Origin: Chiloscyllium plagiosum
Taxonomy: Eukaryota
Length of the DNA stretch: 64,000 nucleotides
Reading direction: 5' to 3'
NCBI RefSeq assembly: GCF_004010195.1
Contig: NC_057749.1
Span: forward strand, 6,291,933 to 6,355,932
Every line of letters starts with the position of its first letter. Position 1 is the first letter of the stretch. The notes below the pieces were generated by a model. That model was not told where the DNA came from. It did no database searches and saw nothing but the letters and a program-made list of their open reading frames with translations. The position numbers and the translations under genes were made by a program. This document shows, piece by piece, positions 13,191-25,451 of this stretch.

Positions 13191-13266
13191 TTGATATGTC
13201 ATTGTCAGAAACACAATCTGCAATTTGTACACACCGAGATCCCAAATTAAGAAATTAAACCAATAA

Positions 13267-13700
13267 GCCAGGGTGGATGGTTTGAGCCATAGGGAGAGGC
13301 TGGAGAGACTTATTAGGCTGGGGCTATTTTATCTGGAGCATCGGAGGCTGAGGGGTGACCTTATAGAGGTTTATAAAACCATGATGGGCATTGTTAGGGT
13401 AAATAGACAAGATCTTTTCCCTGGTGTGGGCGAGTCCACAACTAGAGGGTACAGGTTTAGGGTGAGAAGGGAAAGATATAAAAGAGATCTAAGGGGCAAC
13501 TTTTTCACACAGAGGGAGGGGTGGCAACTGGTACAATTACAACATTTAAAAGGCATCTGGATGGGTACATAAATAGGGTTTGGAGGATATGAGCCGGGTG
13601 CTGGCAGGTGGGACTAGATTGGGTTGGGATATCTTGTCTGCATGGACAAGTTGGACTGAATGGTCTGTTTCCATGCTGTACATCTCTATGACTATGATTC
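13267..13700 (+). mobile_element. CR1 3' segment (part of a rearranged copy)
   Basis: ORF RLGLFYLEHRRLRGDLIEVYK plus tail. Confidence 0.9.
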
Positions 13701-13736
13701 TGTCAGAACTTTGTCTAGCTTGGAAGACTGTGTATT

Positions 13737-13997
13737 TCCAACCCTGGCAACATCCTTGTAAATCTTTTCTGAATGCTTTCAAGTTTAACACTATCCTTCC
13801 AAAAGGAAGGAGACCAGCATTGCATGCAATATTCCAAAAGTGGCCTAACCAATGTCCTGTATAGCCACAACATGACCTCCCAACTCCTGTACTCAATGCA
13901 CTGACCAAGAAAGGAAAGCATACCAAACGCCTTCTTCACTATCCTATCTAGCTGCAACTCTACTTTCAAGGAGCTATGAACCTGCACTCCAAGGTTT
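13737..13997 (-). mobile_element. CR1 upstream segment, contiguous in consensus with 13267-13700
   Basis: ORF 13715-13987 ends RFTRMLPGLE, exactly where the plus-strand piece begins. Confidence 0.9.
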
Positions 13998-16039
13998 CCT
14001 TGTACTTATTTTACTATCAATTATTTCTGCCTTCCCCCATTTTGTGAATTGCGATCTTGAGTAGAATCTGTTATATATTAATGTATAGCAATTGTGAAAT
14101 TAAAGGCACATTCATAATTATATTTCATTAGGTTGCTGACTGCTCAGGTGTACAGTAACAGATTTTGAGAGGCTAGCTAATCTCATACATAGGTTAAGCA
14201 TTGCTAAAGCTTGATTGAAGCTTTTCATCGTTCGTCTTTCTCCTACAATAATGAAGCCAGTCAGCCAATCTTCTTATGATATACAAATTGTTGTTCCCTA
14301 TCTGAATTTGATTTCATTGTATTTCAGTCAAGGTGAATGCAAGCAGATAGATTTAGCTTCACGTCTGACTGTACATTTAACCCTGCATTAACATGGATCT
14401 TTTAAAAGTTGACGTTAATTCAATCTTCAAATGATTGTTCTTTATTGTTTGAATAACAAGCTTTATGCTTAAATCTCTCCATCTCTCCCCCTGTCTTCAT
14501 TTGAGATAATGTTGAAAGTCAGCTTTATACCCAAGTTTTTGGTTGGCTGGTCTAATATTTTCATCCGTGGTTCAGGTCCAACTTATTTTGATAATACTTC
14601 TGTAAAGCCCCTTGGGGACATTTGACGACATTAGAGATGATGAATAAATGTTGCTGTTTAAATCTTTTGTAGAAAGAAAGACTCAAAACATCACTTGCAG
14701 AAATCAGGACCTCACACTCATCGATCCTGGATTCAGCAGGGGATTGTGCACTTCAAGATTAAGCCTGAGTTATAAATAAGTCACCCCTTTGAGAGCTGAG
14801 GATTTTTGTGGGATTGCACGCTCTGGGTGTCTTTAATCAGCCAGGAAACACAGGGTCTGTCTGTCAGAGGGAGCTCACAGACACTCTGAGTATCAGCTGC
14901 TGCATTACCACCCGCGTCTGTTTGTTGGAGATTGATCTAAAACAGGAGGATTCATATTGACAGCAGAATTCAAAGTCTGAGAATTACACTAGAACACATT
15001 GATTTTCATTCTCTTATCAACTGTAAAAGAAATGTTTAACCATTAGCCTGAAGAGGAAAACAATGTCCAATTCATTTAATCATACGAGGAAGACTTGTGA
15101 TTAATTACTTTGTCCATCAGTTCTTTCATTGTTCACCATTTAATGAGAATTATTTCAGATCAAATCCAACAATTATTGCATATTCTAATCTCAAATGCTG
15201 TGAAATTAAACAGCAAAGAAGAATCTGCATTTATATAGCACCATGTACATCTAAATGTTCCAAAACAACTTGCGGCCAACGCAGCATTGAACTTGTTTTA
15301 TGGTCTCATCTAAATGACGGCACCTCCAAAAATCTGCAGCGTTCCTTCAGTACAGCGCTAGAGTGTAGTGTCAATTATAGCTCTGTTGGTAGTACACTTG
15401 CATTTAAGTTAAAAGGTTTTAAGTTTGAGTAACACTCTAGGCTTTGAGTACAACATCTAGGCTGACACTCCAGAACAGCAACAAGGGAATACTGCATTAT
15501 GAAGGTCAGGTTCCCATCATCCATGACATTTCATCAAATTCTTGGGTCAGAAACAATGGAATATGCTGCCGTGGACATTTCGAATTATAGCTGCACAAAC
15601 TGTTCAATCTGAATCCTTTATTATTTCTTCCCAATGGACGTCCGCTGCTGGAACCAGTACATATGGTAACCTCAAGTGGACAAAATGTACAAAACAATAT
15701 TCAATTCCCTACAACTTCCATTTTGGTTTTGGACACTTTTCTTCCAGGAATGTCCAACTTGAAGAGGTCAATTTCTTCATCCCAATGGGAAGATCCAGTT
15801 GAAACACAACCTCTTGAACCGCTCCCTCCTGCTGTCTGATTTGCTAAGGTTTTTTCCAGCATTTTCAGTTTGCCCACCAGCAAGCTCTTCCTCAAATGAA
15901 ATGGAAATCTTTCAAATCCATTTGAAGAAACAGGATTGGCATTGGTTTGTTATTGACGTTACAGGCAAGCCCCTTCAAAAAGGCAGTGCTCCCTCAGTAC
16001 CGGGTGAAGGGTTAGCCTCGATTCTGCATTCAAGTTCTG

Positions 16040-16880
16040 AAGTAAGTCATGTTCAGTTTTGGTCTCCTTACCTGAGGATGAATGTTCTGGCTATGGTGGG
16101 AGTGCAACAAAGGTTTACCAGACTGGTTCCTGAGATGGCCCACAAAATGAAGAGAAGTCGGATCAGTTAGGGCTATACTCATTGTAATTTAGACGAAGAT
16201 TTGGAATCTCATAGAAATCTATAAAATTCTAACGAGATCTGGAAGGATGTTCCCTATGACCAGCGAGTTCAGAGTCAGGAGTCACAGTCTAATTATGCAG
16301 TGTAGGGCATTTAGTGCTCAGAGGGACACTATGGCTCAGTGGTTAGTACTGCTGCCTCACAGCACCAGGGATCTGGGTTCGAAACCAGCCTCAAGCGACT
16401 GTCTGTGTGAAGTTTGTACGTTCTCCCTGTGTCTGTGTGAGTTTCCCCAGGTGTCTGGCTTCCTCTCACCGCTCAAAGATATGCAGGTCAAGTGGATTGG
16501 ACATGTTAAATTGCCCATAGTATCCAGCAATGTCTTGGCTAGGTGGGTTAGCCATGGAAAATGTAGAGTTATGGGGGCCTGGGTCAGGGTGAGCTTCTCT
16601 TTAGAGGGTTGGTGTGAACCTGATGGACCAATTGGCCTCTTTCCACACTAGAGGGATTCTATGAGGAAAAACATTTCTTCAGGGAATGGTGAGCCTGTGG
16701 AATTGTCTGTCACAGAAAGCAGATGAACCCAAGACATTAAACATTTTCAAGGAAGCGTTATAGCTCTGAGAATGAAAGGGATCATAGAGGTAAAGGGGGA
16801 GCAGGGTACTGAGCTGTCATGATTGTATTGGATTGAGCTCAAAGGGCCAAATGGACTACTCCTGCTGCTATTTTCCATAT
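16040..16880 (+). mobile_element. Old CR1 interrupted by an HE1-type SINE (16322-16662)
   Basis: VQFWSPYLR...VQQRFTRLVPEM; SINE head TGGCTCAGTGGTTAGTACTGCTGCCTCAC. Confidence 0.8.
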
Positions 16881-17055
16881 TTCAACATGAGATTGGTGCT
16901 TCTAAACCCAGGTGACAGTGTTTCCAATGACTTTGGCTAATGCTTAAGGGACGCATGAGGGCTGTAAAGGCACATCCCACGTGATAGTCCATCCATTATT
17001 AAATGGAAACTAAATTATTTAGATGGCAAGTTATACCCCTGCTTATAAAGACAAT

Positions 17056-17202
17056 GCTGTGGTTCTGTTCGCCGAGCTGGAAGTTTTTGTTGCAAACGTT
17101 TCGTCCCCTGTCTAGGTGACATCCTCAGTGCTTGGGAGCCTCCTGTGAAGCGCTTCTGTGAAGCAACGAGCACCCGAGCTACAAATCTTCTCACAAACTT
17201 TG
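17056..17202 (-). mobile_element. Penelope terminus fragment with hammerhead (family D variant)
   Basis: Exact 12-bp TSD TATAAAGACAAT (17044-17055/17203-17214). The last ~40 bp are the element end in the opposite orientation (compare 46840-46870). Confidence 0.8.
17091..17132 (-). ncRNA. Minimal type-I hammerhead ribozyme motif, intact core
   Basis: GCA-CTGAGGA-T-GTCACC-TAGACA-GGGGAC-GAA-ACGT-T-TGC: stem I GCA/TGC, stem II with one mismatch, palindromic ACGT. Confidence 0.75.
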
Positions 17203-17825
17203 TATAAAGACAATATAACTGTGTTTCAAAACCAGTGTGGCTATGATCTCTGTAGCACCTGCCATGCACAGGGACCTGTTCCCCTTTGTCAGATCTACAT
17301 CAGATTTGACATTCGCCTGGCACCAACTCCACAGAATGAAAACAATGTTACAGTCTTCACCCATCCAGCCAGTTTTTCCAAATTGGTACTGTCCACAGGC
17401 TTGCCTCTTCTGCCAACTGCAAGGACAGTGGACAGTGCCACAACACCCGCTGTTAAAGTTGACCCCAAGTGGCTGGAAGCAAATGCGAAAAAGACGTTCC
17501 AGACAGTGACATTGATCACATTTGCGATTTCAAAAAGCATTTTTCGCCCAAAGGCAGGAACTCTCTGCAGCTGAGCACATGAGGATCAGATGGGAAGCGT
17601 TACATGAATTAATAATAAAATAATAAACAGCAGACACCAAAACAATTAGCATAACACTCCGACTGAGACGTGATTACACAGGAGCTTTCTGCAAATTGGA
17701 ATTTTTATTCAACTAATTTAAAAAATGTTTTAAGGGCAGAGGAAATAACTTTTTAAGGTGCAGACATTGCTCTTCATAATCACGTTGTTTCTCAGTGGGG
17801 AGCATAGTTTAAGGATTTAAATTCT

Positions 17826-18485
17826 TGTAGCGATGCTGTGGTTTTAAGAGGTGTGTTTTCTTTCCTGGTTCCTTTGAGAGACGGAGAGGCAGAGAAATTG
17901 GGGAACAGGTACCAAGAAATCTATGAGAAGATAAACAACTTGTGAGGCCTTGCGGTTTTGTTTTAAAGTTGGAACAATAGAAGCAGCCTGACTGGGTGTG
18001 GTCAAGCTCTGACAGATCCAAGATTTTTGGTTAGCTTTCAGCTCTTATTACTGGAGTATCAGCAGGATTGGAAGCCAATGAATCTCTCCCAGCTGCTACA
18101 CACACTCTCTCTCTGGGGGAGCAGTTGCATGTAGCTGTTTCTTGCTGATAGGATCGCACATGAGACAATCTGTTTTTCTGAATTTGCCTTTTTGCCACAG
18201 AGATGTTTATGAGATGTTGCTATACTGAAACTGTTACTGTTTAGTAGTAAAATAATCTATTATTCTGTTAAGTTTTCCAGTAGAGTTATTCCAAGTTTCT
18301 CTCTCTTTTGTTGTATTTTAACTATAGTGTTTGAATAAATTGTGCTTTGCTTTTCATCAAGTATTTTCACCAATCAAATTACACTTGTAACACAGCATCT
18401 CACAGTTAACTTTGAATTAAGACAGCATTAGGGTCTCAGCTACCTTCTTAATATATTTTGAGGGGGTCTGGTCTGGTCCATAACA
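17826..18485 (+). mobile_element. Solo LTR (Gypsy-like)
   Basis: TG...CA termini, 4-bp TSD TTCT, AATAAA near 18335; end GGTCTGGTCCATAACA shared with three other copies. Confidence 0.85.
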
Positions 18486-18513
18486 TTCTCTGGACATCAC
18501 TATTATTTGGGTC

Positions 18514-18648
18514 GAGAATTGGTGCTGGAAAAGTACAACAGGTCAGGCAGCATCGGAGGAGCAGAAGAATCTTGCCTGACCTGTCGCGCTTTTCCAGCAC
18601 CACACTCTCCACTCTAATCTCCAGCATCTGCAGTCCTCACTTTCACCT
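18514..18648. mobile_element. Fold-back family A cassette lacking the hammerhead core
   Basis: Inverted arms; 18-bp TSD ATCA(C/T)TATTATTTGGGTC (18496-18513/18649-18666). Confidence 0.85.
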
Positions 18649-19440
18649 ATCATTATTATTTGGGTCAGGCTAGTTAGAGCAGAAGTTCTTTTGTTTCGTC
18701 CAACATTCTTCACATGCTTGAAATTTCACATGAGACTGTTAATTTCCATGTATCATTTCAGTCTAATATTTTTTTCTCATAGGTTCCACAAATCCGTCAT
18801 TGAAAGTCAGTGGAGCATTCACTGTATCATCTGATAATGCTCCTAAAGCAAATCAAAGGCTGTCAGTCTTGTAACACAGTTTATCCTCACTGTTAGAGTG
18901 AACTAAGAATAGCCTTAGGTAAAGTAGAATTCCAGAAGATCATAGGATGCTGTCTTAAGAGAGATGGATGGCTGGTGGTGCTTTTAACCTAAGGGTCACC
19001 ATGCCTCAGGCGAGAGGCGAGATTGAGAGGGTGCGACTTCCAACGTCCCAGCTCACTCCTAACTTATTTAAAACATGTTAACACACAGTGATTGGCCCAT
19101 TGGATAGCCAGGAGTCATGTTAGAGACTATAGCTTCAGTATGTGAACTACTGAGATATACTCACCCTGTGCTCACCTAAATTTCAATGTGCAGACTCTCT
19201 ATACACAACCGAACATGCATGTGCGTCTGATAAATTCTCAAACTTTGCGATTCCCACTGTTTCTTACCTTGATCAAAATGCATCAGAAATTTCATTCAGC
19301 AGCAGAATCTTTGATATGTGCTGCAGGTCAGAGACACAAAATCTCTGTGACATTAATATTTATGAATTTAAGCAGTAATGTTGTCTAATGTGAAAACACG
19401 TAAGATTGGAGAACTACAGTGAGTATAAGTTGACTTGTGC

Positions 19441-19530
19441 TGGAAATGTGTTGCTGGAAAAGCGCAGCAGGTCAGGCAGCATCCAGGGAACAGGAGAATC
19501 GACGTTTCGGGCATAAGCCCTTCTTCAGGA
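19441..19530 (-). mobile_element. Family A cassette with intact hammerhead core (19501-19528)
   Basis: Minus strand CTGAAGA-A-GGGC-TTAT-GCCC-GAA-ACGT-C; flanking GACTTGT duplication. Confidence 0.8.
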
Positions 19531-19994
19531 CTTGTCCCAAGAGACCCGCTGCCGTTGGTTTGGTTCTGGGTGTTAATGTAAAAGGGACAACAGTGATTCA
19601 TTCATCTAGTGCACATATCTTCCTATTTTGATGCCATACTTCCCAGGAAGAGCTGGCTGCTCATTTCACAGCCCATTCCAAAGCTGGGGGCAGCTATCAG
19701 AGAGATGAAAAGGAATTTAATCTCTCAGGGAGTCCATGGGTTCAGAATTCCCTCCCAGCAAGTGAGCCGTGAAAGCTGGGTCATTGAATGTATTCAAGAC
19801 TCAGGTAGCCAGATTTCTGATTCTTCAGTCAGGATTATGGGGGAGCATGCAGGAAAACAGAGTGAGGACCGCAATCTAATCAGCTGCGATCTTTCAGAAT
19901 GTGTCTCAATGGGCTGAATAGCCTCATGTCGTCCTACTTCTCACATCCTAATTATATCAGGCAAGATAGCAGGTGAGCAATGGATAAGAAATGT

Positions 19995-20245
19995 AAACTT
20001 AGAAAATAGGAGCAGGAGGAGGCTATTTGGCCCTTCAAGCCTAATCTACCTATCAATATGATCATGGCTGATCATTCAACTCAGTCTCCTGTTCCCGCTT
20101 TCCCCTCATACCTTTTGATCCCTTTAGACCTAAGAACTAAATCAAACTTCTTCTTAAAATCTTTCAATGTATTGGCCATTAACACTTTCAGTGACAGAGA
20201 TTTCTGCTGTCTCACCACTCTCTGAATAAAGAAATTCTCTTTCTC
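19995..20245 (-). mobile_element. Old CR1 3' end
   Basis: ATAGGAGCAGGAGGAGGC...GATCATGGCTGATC tail on the minus strand. Confidence 0.7.
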
Positions 20246-20456
20246 CTTTCAATCTATTTGTGATGGGACATGAAGCAGGCATCAGTCTAAAACTGCCCCT
20301 AACATTTCAAAAATGCTTCCTCTAAGTGTGAGGGTTGAAGTTGTGGACAAGAATGCAACTGAGAGACATAAGGAAATGTATAATTTGGGACCACTCCCCC
20401 AAAGATCTACCAGCATGTGATGGTTTGAAAGTTGGCTAAATGGTCCATTTCTGCTC

Positions 20457-21308
20457 TGACATAGAGTCATAGAGATGTACAGTAGGGCTATAGACCCTTC
20501 AGTCCAACTCATCCATGTTGATCAGATATCCAAAATTAATGTAGTCCCATTTGCCAGCATTTGGCCCATATCTCTCTAAACCCTTCCTATTCATATAACC
20601 ATCCAGATGCCTTTTAAATGTTGTAATTGTACCAGCCTCCACCACTTCCTCTAGTAGCTCATTCCGTACACACACTGCTCTCTCCGTGAAACAGTTGCCT
20701 CTTAGGTCCCTTTTATATCTTTCCCTCTCACCCTAAGCCCATGCCCTCTAGTTCTGGACTCCCCCACCACAGGGAAGAGACTTTGTCTATTTACCCTATC
20801 CATGCCCCTCATGATTTTATAAACCTCTATAAGGTCAACCCTCAGTCTCTGACACTCCAGGGAAAGCAGCGCCGGCCTATTCAACCTCTCCCTATAGCTC
20901 AAACCCTCCAACCCTGGCAACATCCTTGTTAATCTTTTCTGAACCTTTTCAAGTGTCAAAACATCCTATAGGAGGGAGATCACAATTGCACACAATATTC
21001 CAAAAGTAGCCTAACCTGTATAGCCACAACATGACCTCCCAACTCCTATACTCAATGCTCTGACCAATAAAGGCAAGCACACGATATGCCATCTTCACTA
21101 GGCGAAAGTGAGCTTTGCAGATGCTGGAGATTAGAGTCGAGAGTGTGATGCTGGAAAAGTTCAGCAGGTCAGGCAATATCCGAGGAGCAGGAGAATCAAC
21201 GTTTCAGGCAAAAGCCTTTGATCAGGAAATGCCTTCTTCTCTATGACTCTACTTTCAAGGAACTATGAACCTGCAATCCAAGGTCTCTTTGTTCAGTAAC
21301 ACTCCCCA
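20457..21308 (-). mobile_element. CR1/HER1-type LINE, truncated, with a family A insertion
   Basis: ORF KVQKRLTRMLPGLEGLSYRERLNR; ATGACTCT tail. Confidence 0.9.
21101..21228 (-). mobile_element. Family A hammerhead cassette
   Basis: 15-bp TSD with 2 mismatches, ATGCC(A/T)TCTTC(A/T)CTA (21086-21100/21229-21243); core mutated to CTGATCA. Confidence 0.8.
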
Positions 21309-21949
21309 TCTGATGGTTTCATTTATTGAGTACCTTTAGTGGAAGATATATGGAAATTTCTAAAGGGGAGATTAAATGATGATTGTTACCAAGAGACAAT
21401 GGAATAAGATCTATTGAGTTTGAGAAAAATCAACCCTTTACTGGTTGGTATTACAATCATGGATTACAGAAGTATAAATCCTGACACTGTCTTTCCAAAT
21501 TTTGGTGAAGTCAAATTGTAAGATGCCTGATTGTCAGAAAATGGCAGTCAATTGCCCAAAGACTTTTCCTTCTCTATGCCTTCTTTACCCAATTGTCATT
21601 CTCTTTGGTGTGAATTCTAGTTCAAAAAGTATCAAATGTTAGGCTTAAGAGCGTCTTTCAGCCAATTTCCCCAATGATGGAACAAGAGTAGGTCATTCCT
21701 TCACTGTTGTTGGGTCAAAATCCTATAACTCCCTCCCTAATGGCACAGTGACTACCCCAACACCATATGGATTCTGACAAATTCAGACATTAGACAGAGT
21801 AGTCAGGTCTGCCATTTAAAACAATTACAGTTGATCACACACCTCAGTGCCTTTTTCCCACATTATCCCCATAGCCCTTTGTGCCATTGAAATTCAGAAA
21901 TCTGGTAATCACCGATTTAAACATAATTGAACATGAGAACTCACAAATC

Positions 21950-22712
21950 AAATACCAGGTATGGAGGGATGGTCTTATGAGGAGATGTTGAGTAGGTTGG
22001 ATCTGTACTCATTGGAGTTTAGAAGAATCCTTCTCCCAGAGTCGAAATGTCTAAAACTAGGGGGCACACATTTAACATGGGAGGGGGAAAGTTCAAAGAT
22101 GTGAGGGGCAAGAGTTTTTACACAGAGAGTGGAAACAGTCTGGAATGCACTGCCAGGTGTGGTGGTGGGGACAGATACAATAAGGACGTTAATAATTCCT
22201 TATAGATATGGACATGAATATGCAAGGAATGGAGGGATATAGACCAAGGCCAGAAGGGATTAGTTTAATTTGATGTCATGTTCAGCACCACATTGTGAGC
22301 TGAAGGGCTCATTCCTGTGCTATAGTGTTCTATGTTCTAACGAGAGGTGAACTTATTGAAATATCTAACATTCTAAAGCAACTTGACAGGGTTGATGCAA
22401 AAAAGGTTGTTTCTCCTTTGGGAGAGGCTTGGACCAGAGGCCATAATCTCAGAATAAGTGATCACATACTTAACACAGAGATGAGCAGCTATTTCTTCTC
22501 TGAGGGTAGTGAGTCTGTAGAATTCTGTACCACAGAAGGCTGTTGAGGCTGGGTCTTTAAGCATAATCAAGGCTGAGATGGATAGATTTGTAATCAGTAA
22601 AAGGAGAATCAAGGATTATGGGGAAAAGGCAGGAAAGTGGAGTTGAACATTATCAGATCATTGAATAGACTTGAGGGGCTGAATAGGCTATCCTGCTCTT
22701 ATGACTTATGCT
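21950..22712 (+). mobile_element. Old CR1 3' region with a nested CR1 3' end (about 22030-22340)
   Basis: Host TTTAGAAGAAT resumes as GAGAGGTGAACTTATTGAAA after a TGTTCTATGTTCTA tail. Confidence 0.75.
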
Positions 22713-22713
22713 A

Positions 22714-23047
22714 TAGAGTCAAAAAGTGTGGCACTGGAAAAGCACAGCAGGTCAGGCAGCTATTTCAGCCACTCCCCCTCTCCCACCCTCCCCAACATTC
22801 CTGAGGAAGAGCTTATTCTCAAAATGTCAACTCTCCTGCTCCTCAGATGCTGTGTTTTTCCAGTACCACACTTTTGGACTCTGATCTCCAGCATCTGCAG
22901 TCCTCACTTTCTCTCAGTATCCAAGGAACAGGAGAGTCGACATAAGCCCTTCATCAGGGTCTCCTCGGATACTGCCTGGCTTGCTGTGTTTCTCCAGCGC
23001 CACAATTTTTGACTGACTTTCCAGCATCTGCAGACCTCATTTTCTCT
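22714..23047. mobile_element. Composite family A cassette (fold-back copy containing a second copy)
   Basis: Two CCAGCATCTGCAG...TTTCTC ends plus a split inverted arm. Confidence 0.75.
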
Positions 23048-23587
23048 GACCTATGATCTAATCAAGGAATTCTTAAACAACTCAAAGAGACATAAATAGG
23101 TGGGAATCAAGAGCATAAATACTGGCATTTTCATTCCAAGGGTAAAAGCAACCTGAAGGTGAATGATTTGTGTGTCTCATGGGAAGAAAATGGATGCACC
23201 CACCACCCTCCTCCCTTGCTTTAACTCCTGATCCCTAATGCAGTTAGCAATTAATAGCGACACATATTTTAATGAGATATTTTCCAGGTAATTAAGCATC
23301 TCTGCAGCATGATTATAATCTACCAGAACCAATTCAAAGAATGCATGATAATCATCTGTAAGTTCAGTGAGGGTTGTTGTGGGATGGGGGGGAGGAGCGT
23401 GGGGTGGGGGATTTGCTGTGGAGAGAGTGCAGTGACAACATTAAGGATTAATCAGGTGAGTTCCATCTAAGAGGGGCCTTAATGGGGTTCTTAAACTCAG
23501 AATCTAAAAGCCTTGTGACCATCACAGCCATTCACACAGAGTACAGTACATGCAGCCAGATAAATCCTATATCTCTCCCAAAAGGGG

Positions 23588-23734
23588 GGGGGCACGGTGG
23601 CTCAGTGGTTAGTGCTGCTGCCCCAGGTTGGAATCTAGACTTGAGTGACTGCCTGTCTGAAGTTTACACTTTCTCCCTGTGGCTGTGTGGGTTTCCTCTC
23701 ACTGTCCATAGGGATGTGGGTTAGCCATGGGAAA
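23588..23734 (+). mobile_element. HE1-type SINE 5' part, decayed
   Basis: GGCACGGTGGCTCAGTGGTTAG head. Confidence 0.7.
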
Positions 23735-25418
23735 TAGAACATAGAACATAGAACATAGAAAAATACAGCGCAGTACAGGCCCTTTGGCCCTCGATGTTGT
23801 GCCGATCCAAGCCCACCTAATCTACACTAGCCCACTATCCTCCTTATGCCTATCCAATACCCGTTTAAATGCCCATAAACAGGGAGAGTCCACCACTGCT
23901 ACTGGCAGGGCATTCCATGAACTCACGACTCGCTGAGTAAAAATCTAACCCTAACATCTCTCCNNNNNNNNNNNNNNNNNNNNNNNNNNNNNNNNNNNNN
24001 NNNNNNNNNNNNNNNNNNNNNNNNNNNNNNNNNNNNNNNNNNNNNNNNNNNNNNNNNNNNNNNNNNNNNNNNNNNNNNNNNNNNNNNNNNNNNNNNNNNN
24101 NNNNNNNNNNNNNNNNNNNNNNNNNNNNNNNNNNNNNNNNNNNNNNNNNNNNNNNNNNNNNNNNNNNNNNNNNNNNNNNNNNNNNNNNNNNNNNNNNNNN
24201 NNNNNNNNNNNNNNNNNNNNNNNNNNNNNNNNNNNNNNNNNNNNNNNNNNNNNNNNNNNNNNNNNNNNNNNNNNNNNNNNNNNNNNNNNNNNNNNNNNNN
24301 NNNNNNNNNNNNNNNNNNNNNNNNNNNNNNNNNNNNNNNNNNNNNNNNNNNNNNNNNNNNNNNNNNNNNNNNNNNNNNNNNNNNNNNNNNNNNNNNNNNN
24401 NNNNNNNNNNNNNNNNNNNNNNNNNNNNNNNNNNNNNNNNNNNNNNNNNNNNNNNNNNNNNNNNNNNNNNNNNNNNNNNNNNNNNNNNNNNNNNNNNNNN
24501 NNNNNNNNNNNNNNNNNNNNNNNNNNNNNNNNNNNNNNNNNNNNNNNNNNNNNNNNNNNNNNNNNNNNNNNNNNNNNNNNNNNNNNNNNNNNNNNNNNNN
24601 NNNNNNNNNNNNNNNNNNNNNNNNNNNNNNNNNNNNNNNNNNNNNNNNNNNNNNNNNNNNNNNNNNNNNNNNNNNNNNNNNNNNNNNNNNNNNNNNNNNN
24701 NNNNNNNNNNNNNNNNNNNNNNNNNNNNNNNNNNNNNNNNNNNNNNNNNNNNNNNNNNNNNNNNNNNNNNNNNNNNNNNNNNNNNNNNNNNNNNNNNNNN
24801 NNNNNNNNNNNNNNNNNNNNNNNNNNNNNNNNNNNNNNNNNNNNNNNNNNNNNNNNNNNNNNNNNTGTCTATTTTCACCCTTTCCAGAATTTTCAACACC
24901 TCTTCCCTACATACCTCAAAGCCATTCATTCTACTTAATTGTGACTCAGTATTCACATCGACAACAGTGTCCTGTTCCTGAGTGAATACTGACGAAAAGT
25001 TTTCATTCAGTGTCTCCCCAATCTCTTCCGCCTCCACACGCAACTTCCCACTACTATCCTTGACTGGACCTATTCCTACCCTAGTCATTCTTTTATTCCT
25101 GACATACCTATAGAAAGCCTTAGGGTTTTCCCTAATCCTACAAACTAAGGACTTTTCATGTCCCCTCCTTGCTGCTCTTAGCTCTCTCTTCAGATCCTTC
25201 CTGGCTACATTATAACTCTCAATCGCCCCAATTGAACCTTCACGCTTCATCTTTACATAGGCCGGCCTCTTCCATTTAACAAGGGATTCCAATTCCTTAT
25301 TAAACCACGGCTCCCTCACACGACCCTTTCCTCCTGACAGGTACATACTTATCAAGGACACTCAATAATTGCTCCTTGAACAAGCTCCACATATCAATTG
25401 TGCCCATGCCTTGAAGCT
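23735..25418 (-). mobile_element. Young CR1 LINE (ORF2 middle to 3' end) spanning an assembly gap
   Basis: Open frame EPWFNKELESLVK...RENPKAFYRYVRNKR...NENFSSVFTQE; (ATAGAAC)n tail at 23735-23760. Confidence 0.9.
23964..24865. other. Assembly gap (902 N)
   Basis: Run of N. Confidence 1.
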
Positions 25419-25451
25419 AAGCTCTGTCGCTGCTCAAGATCTGAAACAAAA

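Noticed and set aside
17158..17574. 138-aa ORF in mostly unique sequence
   Set aside because: Starts inside a Penelope fragment, has no recognisable domain and no convincing splice structure.
23865..25361. 498-aa ORF
   Set aside because: Most of its length is translated N. The real part is CR1 ORF2, not a host gene.
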